From Haliotis cracherodii (taxonomy: Eukaryota): a stretch of 64,000 nucleotides of DNA. Made by a program: the position numbers and the translations under genes. Shown one piece after another: positions 25,901 through 35,919 of this stretch; the stretch's first letter is position 1; the number at the start of each line of letters is the position of its first letter. The stretch is from the NCBI RefSeq assembly GCF_022045235.1, contig NW_027266276.1, positions 15,500,001-15,564,000 of the forward strand, given 5' to 3'. The notes beneath the pieces are model-generated. The model saw only the letters and a list, made by a program, of their open reading frames with translations, did not search any database and had not been told where the DNA came from.

Positions 25901-28382
25901 CAGGATCAATGAGTGGTCAGACAGGTCCCAGCAAGGATCACTGAGTGGTCAGACAGGTCCCAACCAGGATTACTGAGTGGTCAGACAGGTCCCAACCAGG
26001 ATCACTGTGTGGTCAGACAGGTCCCAACCAGGATTACTGAGTTTTTCCAAGAGTTCCCAGCCAGGATCACTGAGTTGTCCAAGAGGTTGACATTGTGTAA
26101 CCAGACTGACATTGTGTAACGTGGCTGACACAGTGTAACCAGGCTGACAGTGGGTAACCAGGTTGACATTGTGTAACCAGACTGACATTGTGTAACCAGA
26201 CTGACATTGTGTAACGTGGCTGACACAGTGTAACCAGGCTGACAGTGGGTAACCAGGTTGACATTGTGTAACCAGACTGACATTTTGTAACCTGGCTGAC
26301 ACTGTGTAACCAGGCTGACATTGTGTAACCAGACTGACATTGTGTAACCTGGCTGACACTGTAACCTGGCTGACACTGTGTAACCTGGCTGACACTGTGT
26401 AACCTGGCTGACACTGTGTAACCAGACATTGTGTAACCTGGCTGACACTGTAACCTGGCTGACACTGTGTAACGTGGCTGACACTGTAACCTGGCTGACA
26501 CTCTGTAACCTGGCTGACACTGTAACCTGGCTGACACTGTGTAACCTGGCTGACACTGTGTAACCTGGCTGACACTGTGTAACCTGGCTGACACTGTGTA
26601 ACCTGGCTGACACTGTAACCTGGCTGACACTGTGTAACCTGGCTGACACTGTGTAACCTGGCTGACACTGTGTAACCTGGCTGACACTGTGTAACCTGGC
26701 TGACACTGTGTAACCTGGCTGACATTGTGTAACCTGGCTGACACTGTGTAACCTGGCTGACACTGTGTAACCTGGCTGACACTGTGTCTCATGCTCCAAC
26801 ACTACTGGATTACCTTGCCCAGATATGACATTGTTCAGTCCACTTTGAGTAGCCATTTGGAAAAGAATGGCTAAATGTGGACAATGTCAGATGTGTGTTT
26901 ATGTCAGACATTTCTTGGGGAAACAAAATCTGTGAATTATTAAGAAAGACAAAATGATTTTAGCAATGACTGTCATAACTCCTTCACATGTACTCATGGT
27001 ACTGGGCAAGGCCAGTCAGTAGGAATAAGTGTTGACTGACTGTTTCAGTGGCAGCAAATCTTCAGAAGATCTTGGACAACAAGGATCAGAAGAACTTGAC
27101 GTTTGCATTGGTGAGTAGTGCCAGTTGGTCACGGGGCTTCTCCCAGTCGGCACTTGGGGTGATGGTGGCCCCAGCTTCCCTACTTCATGGGGAAAGGGTG
27201 GTCCTGGCTTCTCTACTACATTGGGGTGATGGTGGTCCCGGCTTCTCCACTACTTGGGGAAAGGGTGGTCCCGGCTTCCCTTCTACATGGGGAAAGGATG
27301 GTCCCGGCTTCCCAACTATATGGGACTGATGGTGGACCTGGTTTCTCCACTACATGGGGAAAGTGTGGTCCCGGCTTCTTTACTACATTGGGAAAGGGTG
27401 GTCCCGGCTTCTTTACTACATTGGGAAAGGGTGGTCCCGACTTCCCTACTAGATGGGGAAAGGGTGGTCCCGGCTTCTCCACTACATGGGGAAAGGGTGG
27501 TCCCTGCTTCTCCACTACATGGGGAAAGGGTGGTCCCGTTTTCTCTACTTTATGGGGGTGATGGTGGTCCCGGTTTCTCTACTACATGGGGGTGATGGTC
27601 GTCCCGGCTTCTCTACTACCTGGGGAAAGGGTGGTTCCGGCTTCTCTACTACATGGGGAAAGGGTGGTCCCGGCTTCCCTACTACATGGGGAAAGAGTGG
27701 TCCCAGCTTCCCTACTACATGGGGATAGAGTGGTCCCGGCTCCTCTACTACATGGCGATAGTGGTCCCAGCTTCTTTACTACATGGGGATAGGCTGGTTA
27801 CAGTACCATAACGGTTTGGGTAGCCATTGTATCTAGATAAGATTGGGACTGAATGCTCACATTATCTGGTTAAAATTGATTGATCTCAATGCTGGTAGCT
27901 TATACTAAAAGGGACATTGAGTGATCTCAATGCTGGTAGTTTATACTAAAAGGGACATTGAGTGATCTGAATGCTGGTAGCTTATACTAAAAGGGACATT
28001 GAGTGATCTCAGTATTGGTAGCTTAATCTAAATGGACATTGAGTGATCTCAGTACTGGTAGCTTGTACTTAAAGGGACATTGAGTGATCTCAATACTGGT
28101 AGCTTGTACTTAAAGGGACATTGAGTGATCTCAATACTGGTAGCTTATACTTAAAGGGCCTGAACAGGGGATTGCTGTGAGCTCTGGTGAGCCAGGCTTG
28201 GACGACCTTAGCTGGAGTATTTCTATTTGCAGCGTTAACACCAAGAATGAGTAATATCGTTGACTTTGGATTGAAATCACAACTCTCCCTTTCAGAACTC
28301 TGGTTGTGGTCAGAACGAGGCTCCGTGTGACAAGGCTCTGATCGGCTTTGCCCAGCTTACCATCAACGATGCAGCAAGTTAA
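7901..28382 (+). CDS. OXSR1: Serine/threonine kinase OSR1/SPAK family (GCK-VI STE20 kinase, fray-like), 18 coding exons, ~522 aa
   Basis: Exons 7901-7970, 9975-10087, 12525-12633, 13578-13719, 14212-14267, 15559-15668, 15885-15986, 16878-17011, 19679-19727, 21143-21202, 21786-21908, 22112-22141, 22997-23152, 23370-23413, 24983-25035, 25465-25533, 27049-27110, 28296-28382. All introns GT-AG, phases consistent, total 1569 nt. Motifs: [36 protein letters not shown]-motif [14 protein letters not shown] motif, C-terminal CCT/PF2 domain ([21 protein letters not shown]...LIGFAQLTI). Likely the single invertebrate co-ortholog of OXSR1/STK39. Confidence 0.95.
9975..10087 (+). CDS. OXSR1: OSR1/SPAK exon 2 (Gly loop, VAIK)
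   Basis: [37 protein letters not shown]; ttccag/gtaaaa. Confidence 0.95.
11395..11490 (-). repeat. tRNA-derived segment (A and B boxes with an expanded middle)
   Basis: Reverse complement has AGCGCTTG, TGGTCCAGTGGTAG (A box), GTTCGAGCC (B box) and CCACAGCGCT; not a canonical cloverleaf. Confidence 0.45.
11712..12060. repeat. ~45-46-bp minisatellite, ~7-8 copies
   Basis: Unit CCCTATGACCGAAAAGGGGGGTTGGATCGTAAAGACGTGTAAGTGT. Confidence 0.9.
12525..12633 (+). CDS. OXSR1: OSR1/SPAK exon 3
   Basis: [36 protein letters not shown]; ttgcag/gtcagt. Confidence 0.95.
12845..13078 (+). mobile_element. SINE family A, 5'-truncated, with 15-bp TSD
   Basis: TSD CTTTATTGTAATTCA at 12830-12844 and 13079-13093; tail GAATATTGCTGAGTGCG..TTAAACAACAAACAAAC. 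Confidence 0.92.
13387..13550 (+). mobile_element. tRNA-headed SINE (family B) with 10-bp TSD
   Basis: A box TAGCCTAGCGG, B box GGTTCGATTC, tail GCTGGAATATTGCT...GTAAAAC..CACTCACT; TSD TTCATGAGTA at 13377-13386 and 13551-13560. Confidence 0.9.
13578..13719 (+). CDS. OXSR1: OSR1/SPAK exon 4
   Basis: SMLDVIK...[29 protein letters not shown]; ctgcag/gtacca. Confidence 0.95.
14212..14267 (+). CDS. OXSR1: OSR1/SPAK exon 5 (catalytic loop)
   Basis: [18 protein letters not shown]; gtgcag/gtgggt. Confidence 0.95.
14391..14605 (+). mobile_element. SINE family A copy (internally deleted)
   Basis: Shares body and (CAAAC)n tail with the 12845 and 47248 copies. Confidence 0.85.
15559..15668 (+). CDS. 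OXSR1: OSR1/SPAK exon 6 (DFG, activation loop)
   Basis: [37 protein letters not shown]. Confidence 0.95.
15802..15846. repeat. (ACTC)n microsatellite, probably a decayed SINE tail
   Basis: About 11 ACTC units. Confidence 0.9.
15885..15986 (+). CDS. OXSR1: OSR1/SPAK exon 7
   Basis: [34 protein letters not shown]. Confidence 0.95.
16335..16803. mobile_element. Tc1/pogo-type non-autonomous DNA element remnant
   Basis: Repeated subterminal GTCGGA(T/C)(T/G)AA motifs and a right end ...GAGACTTGACTGTA typical of TA-CAGT-terminated MITEs; left end not resolved. Confidence 0.5.
16878..17011 (+). CDS. OXSR1: OSR1/SPAK exon 8
   Basis: [16 protein letters not shown]...[16 protein letters not shown]. 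Confidence 0.95.
17660..19185. mobile_element. ~1.5-kb element with ~130-bp imperfect terminal inverted repeats (possibly DIRS-like relic or foldback element)
   Basis: 17730-17790 is the near-perfect reverse complement of 19067-19126; similarity extends to ~17663/19182. Confidence 0.75.
18421..18772 (+). mobile_element. tRNA-headed V-domain-type SINE (family C), nested in the TIR element
   Basis: A box TGGTCTAGTGG, B box GGTTCGATCC, V-SINE-like core GTCATACCAAAAGAC...ATGGTAC...CTAAGGGG, internal (CA)n; imperfect TSD CATCCG(TG)TCTTTGG. Confidence 0.85.
19679..19727 (+). CDS. OXSR1: OSR1/SPAK exon 9
   Basis: [16 protein letters not shown]; tttcag/gtaagc. Confidence 0.93.
19914..20259 (+). mobile_element. 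tRNA-headed V-domain-type SINE (family C), second copy
   Basis: Colinear with the 18421 copy; imperfect 15-bp TSD CCTTTTGAATTTGAG / CCTTTGGAAATTGAG. Confidence 0.85.
20491..20742 (+). mobile_element. SINE family A, near full length, diverged
   Basis: CCCCTGAAGATCTGAGTTAGAATTTGTCTTCAGCAACCCATG...GAATATTGCT. Confidence 0.85.
21143..21202 (+). CDS. OXSR1: OSR1/SPAK exon 10
   Basis: [20 protein letters not shown]; tttcag/gtacgt; phase 0-0. Confidence 0.85.
21786..21908 (+). CDS. OXSR1: OSR1/SPAK exon 11 (S-motif, WEW)
   Basis: [41 protein letters not shown]. Confidence 0.95.
22112..22141 (+). CDS. OXSR1: OSR1/SPAK exon 12 (30 nt)
   Basis: [10 protein letters not shown], continuing the RSPR motif of OSR1; tttcag/gtaagc. 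Confidence 0.85.
22997..23152 (+). CDS. OXSR1: OSR1/SPAK exon 13 (low-complexity linker)
   Basis: LDAANNVGG...AEAQEQK; tcccag/gtgggt; phase 0-0. Confidence 0.8.
23370..23413 (+). CDS. OXSR1: OSR1/SPAK exon 14 (start of CCT domain)
   Basis: [15 protein letters not shown]; NAGNAG acceptor (23370 or 23373); donor gtaggg. Confidence 0.88.
24089..24957. repeat. 36-bp minisatellite, ~24 copies
   Basis: Unit ACCAAAGACTTTGTAACAGTATTGTTG(ACCAC/TCCAG/TCCAT)ACTG. Confidence 0.97.
24983..25035 (+). CDS. OXSR1: OSR1/SPAK exon 15
   Basis: [17 protein letters not shown]. Confidence 0.93.
25465..25533 (+). CDS. OXSR1: OSR1/SPAK exon 16
   Basis: [23 protein letters not shown]. Confidence 0.93.
25594..26075. 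repeat. 32-bp minisatellite, ~14 copies
   Basis: Unit GTGGTCAGACAGGTCCCAACCAGGATTACTGA. Confidence 0.95.
26085..26786. repeat. 19-bp minisatellite with 17-bp variants, ~38 copies
   Basis: Unit CTGACACTGTGTAACCTGG. Confidence 0.95.
27049..27110 (+). CDS. OXSR1: OSR1/SPAK exon 17
   Basis: [21 protein letters not shown]. Confidence 0.93.
27125..27790. repeat. 33-bp G-rich minisatellite, ~20 copies
   Basis: Unit GGGGAAAGGGTGGTCCCGGCTTCTCCACTACAT. Confidence 0.93.
27875..28158. repeat. ~41-bp minisatellite with internal hairpin, ~7 copies
   Basis: Unit GACATTGAGTGATCTCAATGCTGGTAGCTTATACTAAAAGG. Confidence 0.92.
28296..28382 (+). CDS. OXSR1: OSR1/SPAK exon 18 (terminal coding exon)
   Basis: [28 protein letters not shown]; TAA 28380-28382. 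Confidence 0.93.
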   Translation, partial: NSGCGQNEAPCDKALIGFAQLTINDAAS

Positions 28383-30280
28383 CCTTGGCAAGCATCAGGG
28401 GAGACAGTAGCCAACTGTGATATCGAGGTTACAGCAGGGCCGCACAGCAAGGAGGCGGTCCGGGTACTGGTTGGTTCGGGTATCAGCTCAGTCCGACATT
28501 GCCTAGAGCCAGAGGGGTTGAAGTGATTGTCTTTCCAACCAACTTAATCATGTCAAGGCTGCAATTATTAAACAATAGCTTTGCAGATTTGGAGTAACTG
28601 TCGAAATAAGGCAGTTGTTATCATGCTGGAATATTTGCATTGAATAATTTGAATGTTTCAATTTGGTTTTCATTATTCTAAGATCATAGCAAAATGGGTG
28701 GGTTGTATTTTTTTCTCAGTTAGATCATCAGACTGATTATCTTGTGGCATTTTTTAACCTACCCTAACAAAAGTTAATGAAAAAATTTGAATGCTTCGGT
28801 TGGTTGAAATAGGATCTCTATAAGCATAATTTTGTTTGTGTGTTTTGTAACTTTTATTTCAAACATGTTTCTTTGGAGGAATTAAACTCAAATAAAAAGT
28901 TCCTTCCTTAATTTGTAATAGTAGAAATATGTTTGACCATGATATCACAAGAGTATGGTCATTCTTTGACAGCAGACAATCAGGTTATTTTAAAAGTTCA
29001 TAGATAGATGTCTTTGTACCAGCATACATCCGGCAATATGGAAATGCTCAGCCTCTAGTTGAAGTCTGGAAGTATGGTATCTGATGAACTCAGAGATGTA
29101 ATAATCAAGTGATATTTTCAGTTCATGAAATGGAAGCTGCTGATTGCGAAAGATGCATAGAGAATGTATCCTTGCATTGTCTTGAAAGTATTACAACTGT
29201 ATTCAACCTTATTACTGCATGATTTGGTGAAATGTCATCTGGGTGTGTGCCGGTTATTACCTCACATGTAACATATTCCAAGCATATTTTGCCAAGAAAT
29301 TGTGACAGATTCTGTCCAGTTCTCTATATTAGATATATTGCTAAGATTCTGCAATCAATTTTGCAAAGTAAAAGGTTTGAATTTTCATCTCAATTAAATG
29401 TGTTATTGTTTAACTTAGACATCATTGTCCAAACAAGACATTGCAACTTCTTCATCATTTGTGTATGACCAGGTAATGTTATTGTCCGACAATGTGGGCA
29501 TCTATATCATGTTACATTGCAGATTAGGAGTGATGTTCAGATTGTACATTTATATTTTAAATGAAATCAGCTGTGATGTAGTTTTGATTACACAGTAAGA
29601 GACCCACAGCAATGTATATCCAGTAATTCAGCTGACAGAGGATGTTGTGCTGCTGACCACAGGTTGGATACCTATGTTGTGACTGCCTGAAAAGGAAATA
29701 TGCTGTCATGAAATGGGACTGGTATTGCTTGAACACTTTCTGTATGGCCTCCGTCACAGACCTTCAGTGAAGCATTGGTGAATAAGGTTGGATTCAGTGT
29801 TCACTTCGGCTACTTGTAATGTGACTGCCACACAACACCTCCCTGCTTGACGGGAGATTTAATCTTGGGTAGTTTTGTAGAATCTCTTCACAGATTCTTA
29901 GAAAATAACCTTGTCTGTTACGTAGAAAAATGTTTGTCACTGACATTAAGTCTACTTTAGAAGAGCTTTTTACTTACTTGAAGATCAGAGTGATTGTTTT
30001 GGGTGTTGTTTGAGGAAGGACTGACACAACTAGATGACCTCGGTGTAATCACGTCCTCAGGTAGTTGGCTAGTATTAGCCTATGAATTCCTTGCTTTAAG
30101 ATGAAGCTTCAAACATGTTTTATGAAATTCTCCTTCAACAACCAGGAACTACACACTGGAGATTTCAGACAATTATCTTGGAAGCTGAAACACTTTTGTA
30201 CATATCAAGTACACATCAAGTACACTTCTAACATACCACTAGGTCTGCAGGTATTTGAAACAAAAGATCTACTTTGGGAT

Positions 30281-30728
30281 AAAAAGAAAATAATAGTCTT
30301 GGTTCTCAGGCACCGCCCGCATCATTATAAAGTCTGCCACACATTTCATTTTTATTTCATTTTTCCAAAAAATTAAATCCTAAAATATTCCGCATCTCGG
30401 AACATTGCACCCCGGCAGTGCAATGCTACAATACATGAAAACAATCCAATCAAATAAAGAGTGCAGTGACATCCCCCTACATGCGCACCTCGTTTTATGG
30501 TCGTGGCGGCAATAAGAGTTTGTGTGCTTGTTTTGCCGTTTGCAAATTTGGTCAATGAAAACATTTACGATAAAACATCACTGGACATGATGAGATACAA
30601 ATTCAGTGGTATTTGTGTTCTGTATGGCAGACAATGTTTTATATTCAGAGATTACGTGTGTATTTGTCTCTTAAAATAATTAGATTTTTAAAAGCCGTTG
30701 CCTGAGAACCAATTCTTATTATTTTTTT
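30281..30728. mobile_element. MITE-like element with terminal inverted repeats
   Basis: TTGGTTCTCAGGCA (30299-30312) and TGCCTGAGAACCAA (30699-30712) form a perfect 14-bp IR with A/T-rich extensions; the same right end recurs at 11066-11084. Confidence 0.75.
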
Positions 30729-31384
30729 AAACTTGTTTTCAAGGTTTTTATTTGTTCTAAGGATTTGTCAGCCTTGGAGATGTTTCAAGTCAAGAATACT
30801 GAAACTTTGTGACTTGAATAAAACTTGAGAATAACTTAATGTCGAGGCCATCTCTTGTTTGGGATATTAAAGACTAAAACTGCTTGACAGGGTTGTCTGC
30901 CACCAATGTAGGTAGGGAATTGTTACTTGTCTGTTGTGTAGATCTGTCACAGGTCACCAGTGCACTAGTTGTTACAGGGGAGATGTTATGGACCCACCAG
31001 AACCAAGACTGGACAGTGCTCAGAGGATGTGTACAGAAATCGGTGCAAATCACAGTGTTATCATGGTTATATAGAATTTGTTGGTCTCTGAATTCAGTTC
31101 AGTTTTCAAATTTTGTGATTTTTGTCGTTATTAGCTCTTCCATATAAACGGACAAGCTTGAAGTGGGCGAAAGTTTGGACCAAGAAAGACAGAGTTTTAT
31201 TGAGAATCTGTCAGGTTGATGAAACCCAGTCTGTTGTTCTTATTTCCATTGGTATGACTTACAACACTGTACATCAGGTTTGGGTTCCATATTTTAGTAC
31301 ATGGCAAGGGCATGTAACTCTACATGTTCACTGCAGTTAGGACATGTTGGGACATTAAATGACTTTAGTTGAATTCTTTATGAC

Positions 31385-31646
31385 ACACTTAAACATCCTT
31401 CTCGTCAAAAATTAATTGAACTAATGTCCTCTACAACACATTCAACAATCAAAGGTCTTACTTTGTACCTAAAGAGAAATTTGAAAAACACAAGAAACAA
31501 ACAAACATAATTATGTAGTATGTATTACGTCACATATTATGGAAACATTGTAAATCAACTGTGTGAGATCCACAAATAAGTTAGATATAAATGTATTGTA
31601 CTCTGGGCCACGAGGCCTCCAATACTGAAATAAAGAATCTTATCTA
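31385..31646 (+). mobile_element. Decayed 3' end of a LINE
   Basis: KHPSRQKLIELMSS...IKGLTLYLK resembles a LINE ORF2 C-terminus, followed by a GGGCC..GGCC hairpin, AATAAA and an ATCT tail. Confidence 0.5.
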
Positions 31647-32736
31647 AAGGAATTTTGGAAAAATATTTGTATCAATATAAAAATCTTTTAACATACACAA
31701 TATGTTTGGGATAGAAATGGATCGTTGATACTCACTTTCATTATTTTGTAAGCTGCACAATGTTCCTGGTACCACGTGATAGGTGACAATAGACTCTTAT
31801 ACATGTCAGTCACAATCTTTTGACATACAAGTAACACGCAGCCCAGGGTTGCCATGGAGTAGCCTGCTTCTTGTCGCTATTCTCTTTTATGTTGTTACTG
31901 ACATATGCAAGTGGACATATAGGTTGTGGTCTTGAAGGCCAATACATTGTTCACAGAGGACTCTTCTGTCCACATTCCAAATCAGAGATGACACTGGACA
32001 ATGGAAAGATTTTATATGTTAAAGAGCTCATTTTCAGCCAGGTGTTTACAAATAGGTATTGCCATGACACATGTACATCCTTGTAAAAGTGGATTTCAGC
32101 ACTGTTACCAGTCTAGGCAAGAAGTCATAATCACTAGACTGGTGAGACAGGATGTTTGGGACTGCAGGGTCATTTGTGTTGTTACTAATAGATGTGATTG
32201 GCCATACAAAACAATTCGGAGAAGTCTATGACCTTCAAGACCAGTGATCATAAGTTGATTTATGCCGCTTACGTCCTTAGTTGCCGCAAGTGTGTGTTTC
32301 ATGTCCTGGAGCCCCTCACATCTGTATACTGTTTGTTGCTGTATTTTGTTCCTTTTTATATTTCACTGTTTATTTGTTATTGTTTTACTGCTATGTGACC
32401 ACACTTATTTTGTTCATGCATAGCTATGAGATTAATGCATCGGTGTAAGGTGATGTCATACCAGTACTTGACTTGTCTCCGTAATCTTCACATTTGTTAA
32501 GTCCAAGAATAATTGTTGGCTTCCTGTGACTGCTGAAACTGATAGGAGAGGCTGGTGGGGAACTAATTCAAACCAACATTTTTAAACCTTGTACGGCTTT
32601 TTAAAATGCGGGTGAATGTATGAAAAATAAGTTTGAAGGCTATTTTGTCTGATGCTTGAATGGGTCATCACGGTAGACTGGGGTTGATGGTTCCATTGCC
32701 AATATTAGTTCAGTGCATGATGTCAAACACTGAAGG

Positions 32737-33140
32737 CTAGCAGAAGTCACATCGGGGGAGCATTGTAGAATCTATGTTCCTCCATATTCCATATTGGACA
32801 TAAGTTAGATGTAATTCCAATAGTGAATGCATGGTACCTGTTTTACCATCAGTTGAAGATAAACATTTAGAAATATTGTTTGTGATGAATGTTACTAAAG
32901 GAAACGACATATTTGTCATATATTTATTCATAATTTTGAGATTGACCTTGGTTCTGATGTTTTTAAACCATATAAGAGATGTTTCAGTGAAAGTGAATTT
33001 ATTGTAGTCTCCCATATTGAATGCCAAGATTTGTTACTTTTAGAATTATTTAATTTTTTTTGTCTAACATGTCTCTCTCTCTCCACTTGTTGAAACAAAT
33101 AGAGATTGAATTTATGAAATGAGCAGTCTACCATCTTCTC
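32737..33140 (-). mobile_element. Possible decayed LINE ORF2 C-terminal fragment
   Basis: GIWRNIDSTMLPRCDFC resembles the GRWxNIxxxxRxCxxC motif; heavily degraded. Confidence 0.35.
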
Positions 33141-34776
33141 ACTGAAGACAATGACAAATGATCAAAGGTTTCAGTTGTAACATACCGTAATTCAGTTTTT
33201 AAGGTATAGTAGAGATGATACACTTTGGGTAATATCTACCAAACACCACTTGAATTTTAGTCCAGGCATGAAACTTGCTCTCACATCGTCCACCATGTTG
33301 TATTGTAAGGATGGAATCTACAGTGGAGTGTAACAAGGGCATCATGCTATGTGAGTAAACCATGGGTGGCTATTACATGCATGATGCCACCATTGTTTCA
33401 AAGGTGTCCTGTACATTGACGGTGTACACAAGGTAACTTGTAAAATATCTGTGGCTAATATGTTCCCACGTTACATGTGGGAATCATAGGAAATCAATAC
33501 ATATCAAACCTGTATCTTGTGCCAAATCTGACCAGGTCAAAAGATAGTTGTGCCCTCTTCATTACCCTGATATTAATCTTGATATAGGCCTGATCTGTTA
33601 AACTTGCTGGTATTGGGGACTTTTGTTGGTTTGTTGTAAACCAGTAATGGATGTAACATATCCCAGTGGTGAGTCACAATATCCTCCAAAGGAGTCTTGA
33701 AAACTCAACTCTTGCCATTTTACGTAGTCCATCCTCAGTGGGAATAACTGGAAACAAAGAAAACAATTATGTAATCAAGTCCATTTTGCTACCAAGGACT
33801 GTTTCACAGACCACCAGGAAGGTGTATGTTGTCATGCCAGATGTCTCGTATTGCTACACATGACAATATTGCCAGCCAGAGAAATGAGCTGTAAAATACT
33901 GTTCCCAGTCACATGGTGCTGATTCACAAATTCCAGATTGATAATTCATGGGTATTTAGTGATGTTCCTTCGAATATATATAAGTGTTCTCAACAGTGAG
34001 GGACGCTGGGTCTAGTATAACAAGCTTCTTTGTACTGGAGAATATTTTCTTGTCTACTGGTCTCCATATTTTTTTGGCATGAACACATTTCAGCACTGTT
34101 CAGACAGTTTGTGTTGATGTTTTACAATGAGTATAAAGGAAATGTGTTATAGTTTGTATCAGGATATTGTTTTTAGCCAAGCAAGGTGGAGGACTTTGAG
34201 GAAGTGTTTCAGGTCAACTGATCATATAGAGTTGTTCATGTAGCATTATGTGATGGGGAACTCAAGGCCCTGGGGGGCTCATTACAGTTCTCCAGTACAG
34301 GGATCTGTAGGTGGGCACAGTGGACATCAAGTACAAACTAGGCCCATCATTTGATGCACACCATGTCATAGGTTTAATCCCAGGACTGATTCCGTGGAAA
34401 AAAGAGGGTCGCACCATGTTGAAGCAACATGACAATTTAACAAACCAGAATGTTATTACCTGTTTTTGCAAAACTGATTTGTCTTTTTGACCATAAATGT
34501 TGCTATCTAACCCAACTTGTTGTTACAAAGGGTAGAATGTCTTTGTTTCTGTTTCTACACATGTCACCATGAGACTTCTTTGCCTGGGTTTAGGGCTGTC
34601 AAAAGCTTTGTTGAACCAAAGGATGCGAGTTTGAGGCTGGTTTGTAGATTATTGTGATCCAGGCAAGATGTTAGCCTAGCCTTGATGCGTCACTAGTTAC
34701 ACTGCAAGGACAGAAGTTTTCCTTGAGAACTCCACACATACATGTATATTGTTGGTTACCTTGACTACAGCACTGT

Positions 34777-34820
34777 AATAAAGGCAGTGTTATTACAGAA
34801 TCTGTGTTTTGTCTTTATTA
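34777..34820 (+). terminator. Candidate distal polyadenylation signal of the kinase gene
   Basis: AATAAA 34777-34782 followed ~20 nt later by a GT/T-rich tract (TGTGTTTTGTCTTT). More proximal AATAAA hexamers also exist. Confidence 0.4.
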
Positions 34821-35229
34821 TGAACCCATGGGGGCTTGGGGACATGTCCCGTGTGAGCTGTCTTAACCTCTGAGCAGGGACTTCCCTCAGAATATCCCTC
34901 TGTCCCAGAGATTTATTTGCAATTTGAAATCAACCCCAATAACACACAATACAATTATAATTTATGGCAATGTGCCAAATGATGTAAAATCAAATGACAA
35001 ATTTACTTATATTTCAGAGAACGAAACTGTAACTTTCTTATCTGTTGCCTAGTGAGTTTATCAAAGGAGCTGATAAACAATGCTTTCAAGAATCTCTTTT
35101 TCAAGTACACGTTCTCCAGCAGATTTTTTTCGTCCCTTTGCTAAGGTTCATGGAAAGTTTTGGAAACAAAATTGCTAAAAAATGTTTGTTTCAGATAAGC
35201 CATTAATATATTCGTTGAAGAGTATCAGT

Positions 35230-35329
35230 GCGTGGAAGGAGTGTCTGACAATCAGTTGATAATGGTCAGAATTTCGACCACCGTCATATAGCTGAATATT
35301 GCAAAGGCGGTGTTAAACAACAAACAAAC
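35230..35329 (+). mobile_element. SINE family A 3' tail fragment
   Basis: GACCACCGTCATATAGCTGAATATTGCAAAGGCGGTGTTAAACAACAAACAAAC. Confidence 0.75.
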
Positions 35330-35556
35330 ATGGATCAAAAGCCAAGCTCGTATTCACAGACACAGGCCCTCTATGGTACTCTATTAAGACCAAGAACAGT
35401 TATGAAGATGTGATGAACGACACATCTGACAATCCCACTGAACATCCACACAAGAATCTATCGGATTGAAGTACAAGATGTACTCTCGTCTACGAAGAGC
35501 ATGGGACAGTGGTAGAGAAGAAAACGGCTAAGGGCGTCAAGAAGAACATGATCACG

Positions 35557-35612
<56 letters not shown>

Positions 35613-35762
35613 GTGTTTGATAAACAAATACACATGACGACCAAGATGTTCCAAATTAGAACCTATGACCAACAGGTCTACAACATCCAGCTTAAGTCAG
35701 GGCTGTCACCTTTCGATAACAAGCGATATCTGCTAGAAGTTGGCACGACATATCCGCATAAA
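35326..35762 (+). pseudogene. Relic of a Polinton/Maverick-type family B DNA polymerase C-terminus
   Basis: Across frameshifts: KHGSKAKLVFTDTGPLWYSIKT...DTSDNPTEHP / IGLKYKMYS / EKKTAKGVKK / IRTYDQQVYNIQLKSGLSPFDNKRYLL. These match the DTDS, GLxxKxY, KGV and LSPFDDKRY motifs in the expected order. Confidence 0.8.
35558..35609. repeat. (CA)n microsatellite
   Basis: About 26 CA units inside the PolB relic. Confidence 0.97.
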
Positions 35763-35919
35763 ACATTCAGAAGAAGACCACAAGGTACAAATGATGCAGA
35801 TGCAGAGGCAGCAGCCGACGAAGGCATAGGCGCAGCAGCAGATGCAACCGCTAAAGAATCTATTGCAATTAGACACCTGTAGACACCTTGATTCCCCAAT
35901 GACGACATCATCCTACTTG

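Noticed and set aside
24061-27792. Long repetitive ORFs ([25 protein letters not shown]) resembling structural proteins
   Set aside because: They are intronic minisatellites of the kinase gene, open in several frames on both strands
24089-28158. CRISPR-like appearance of regular arrays
   Set aside because: No unique spacers, no cas genes, eukaryotic intron context
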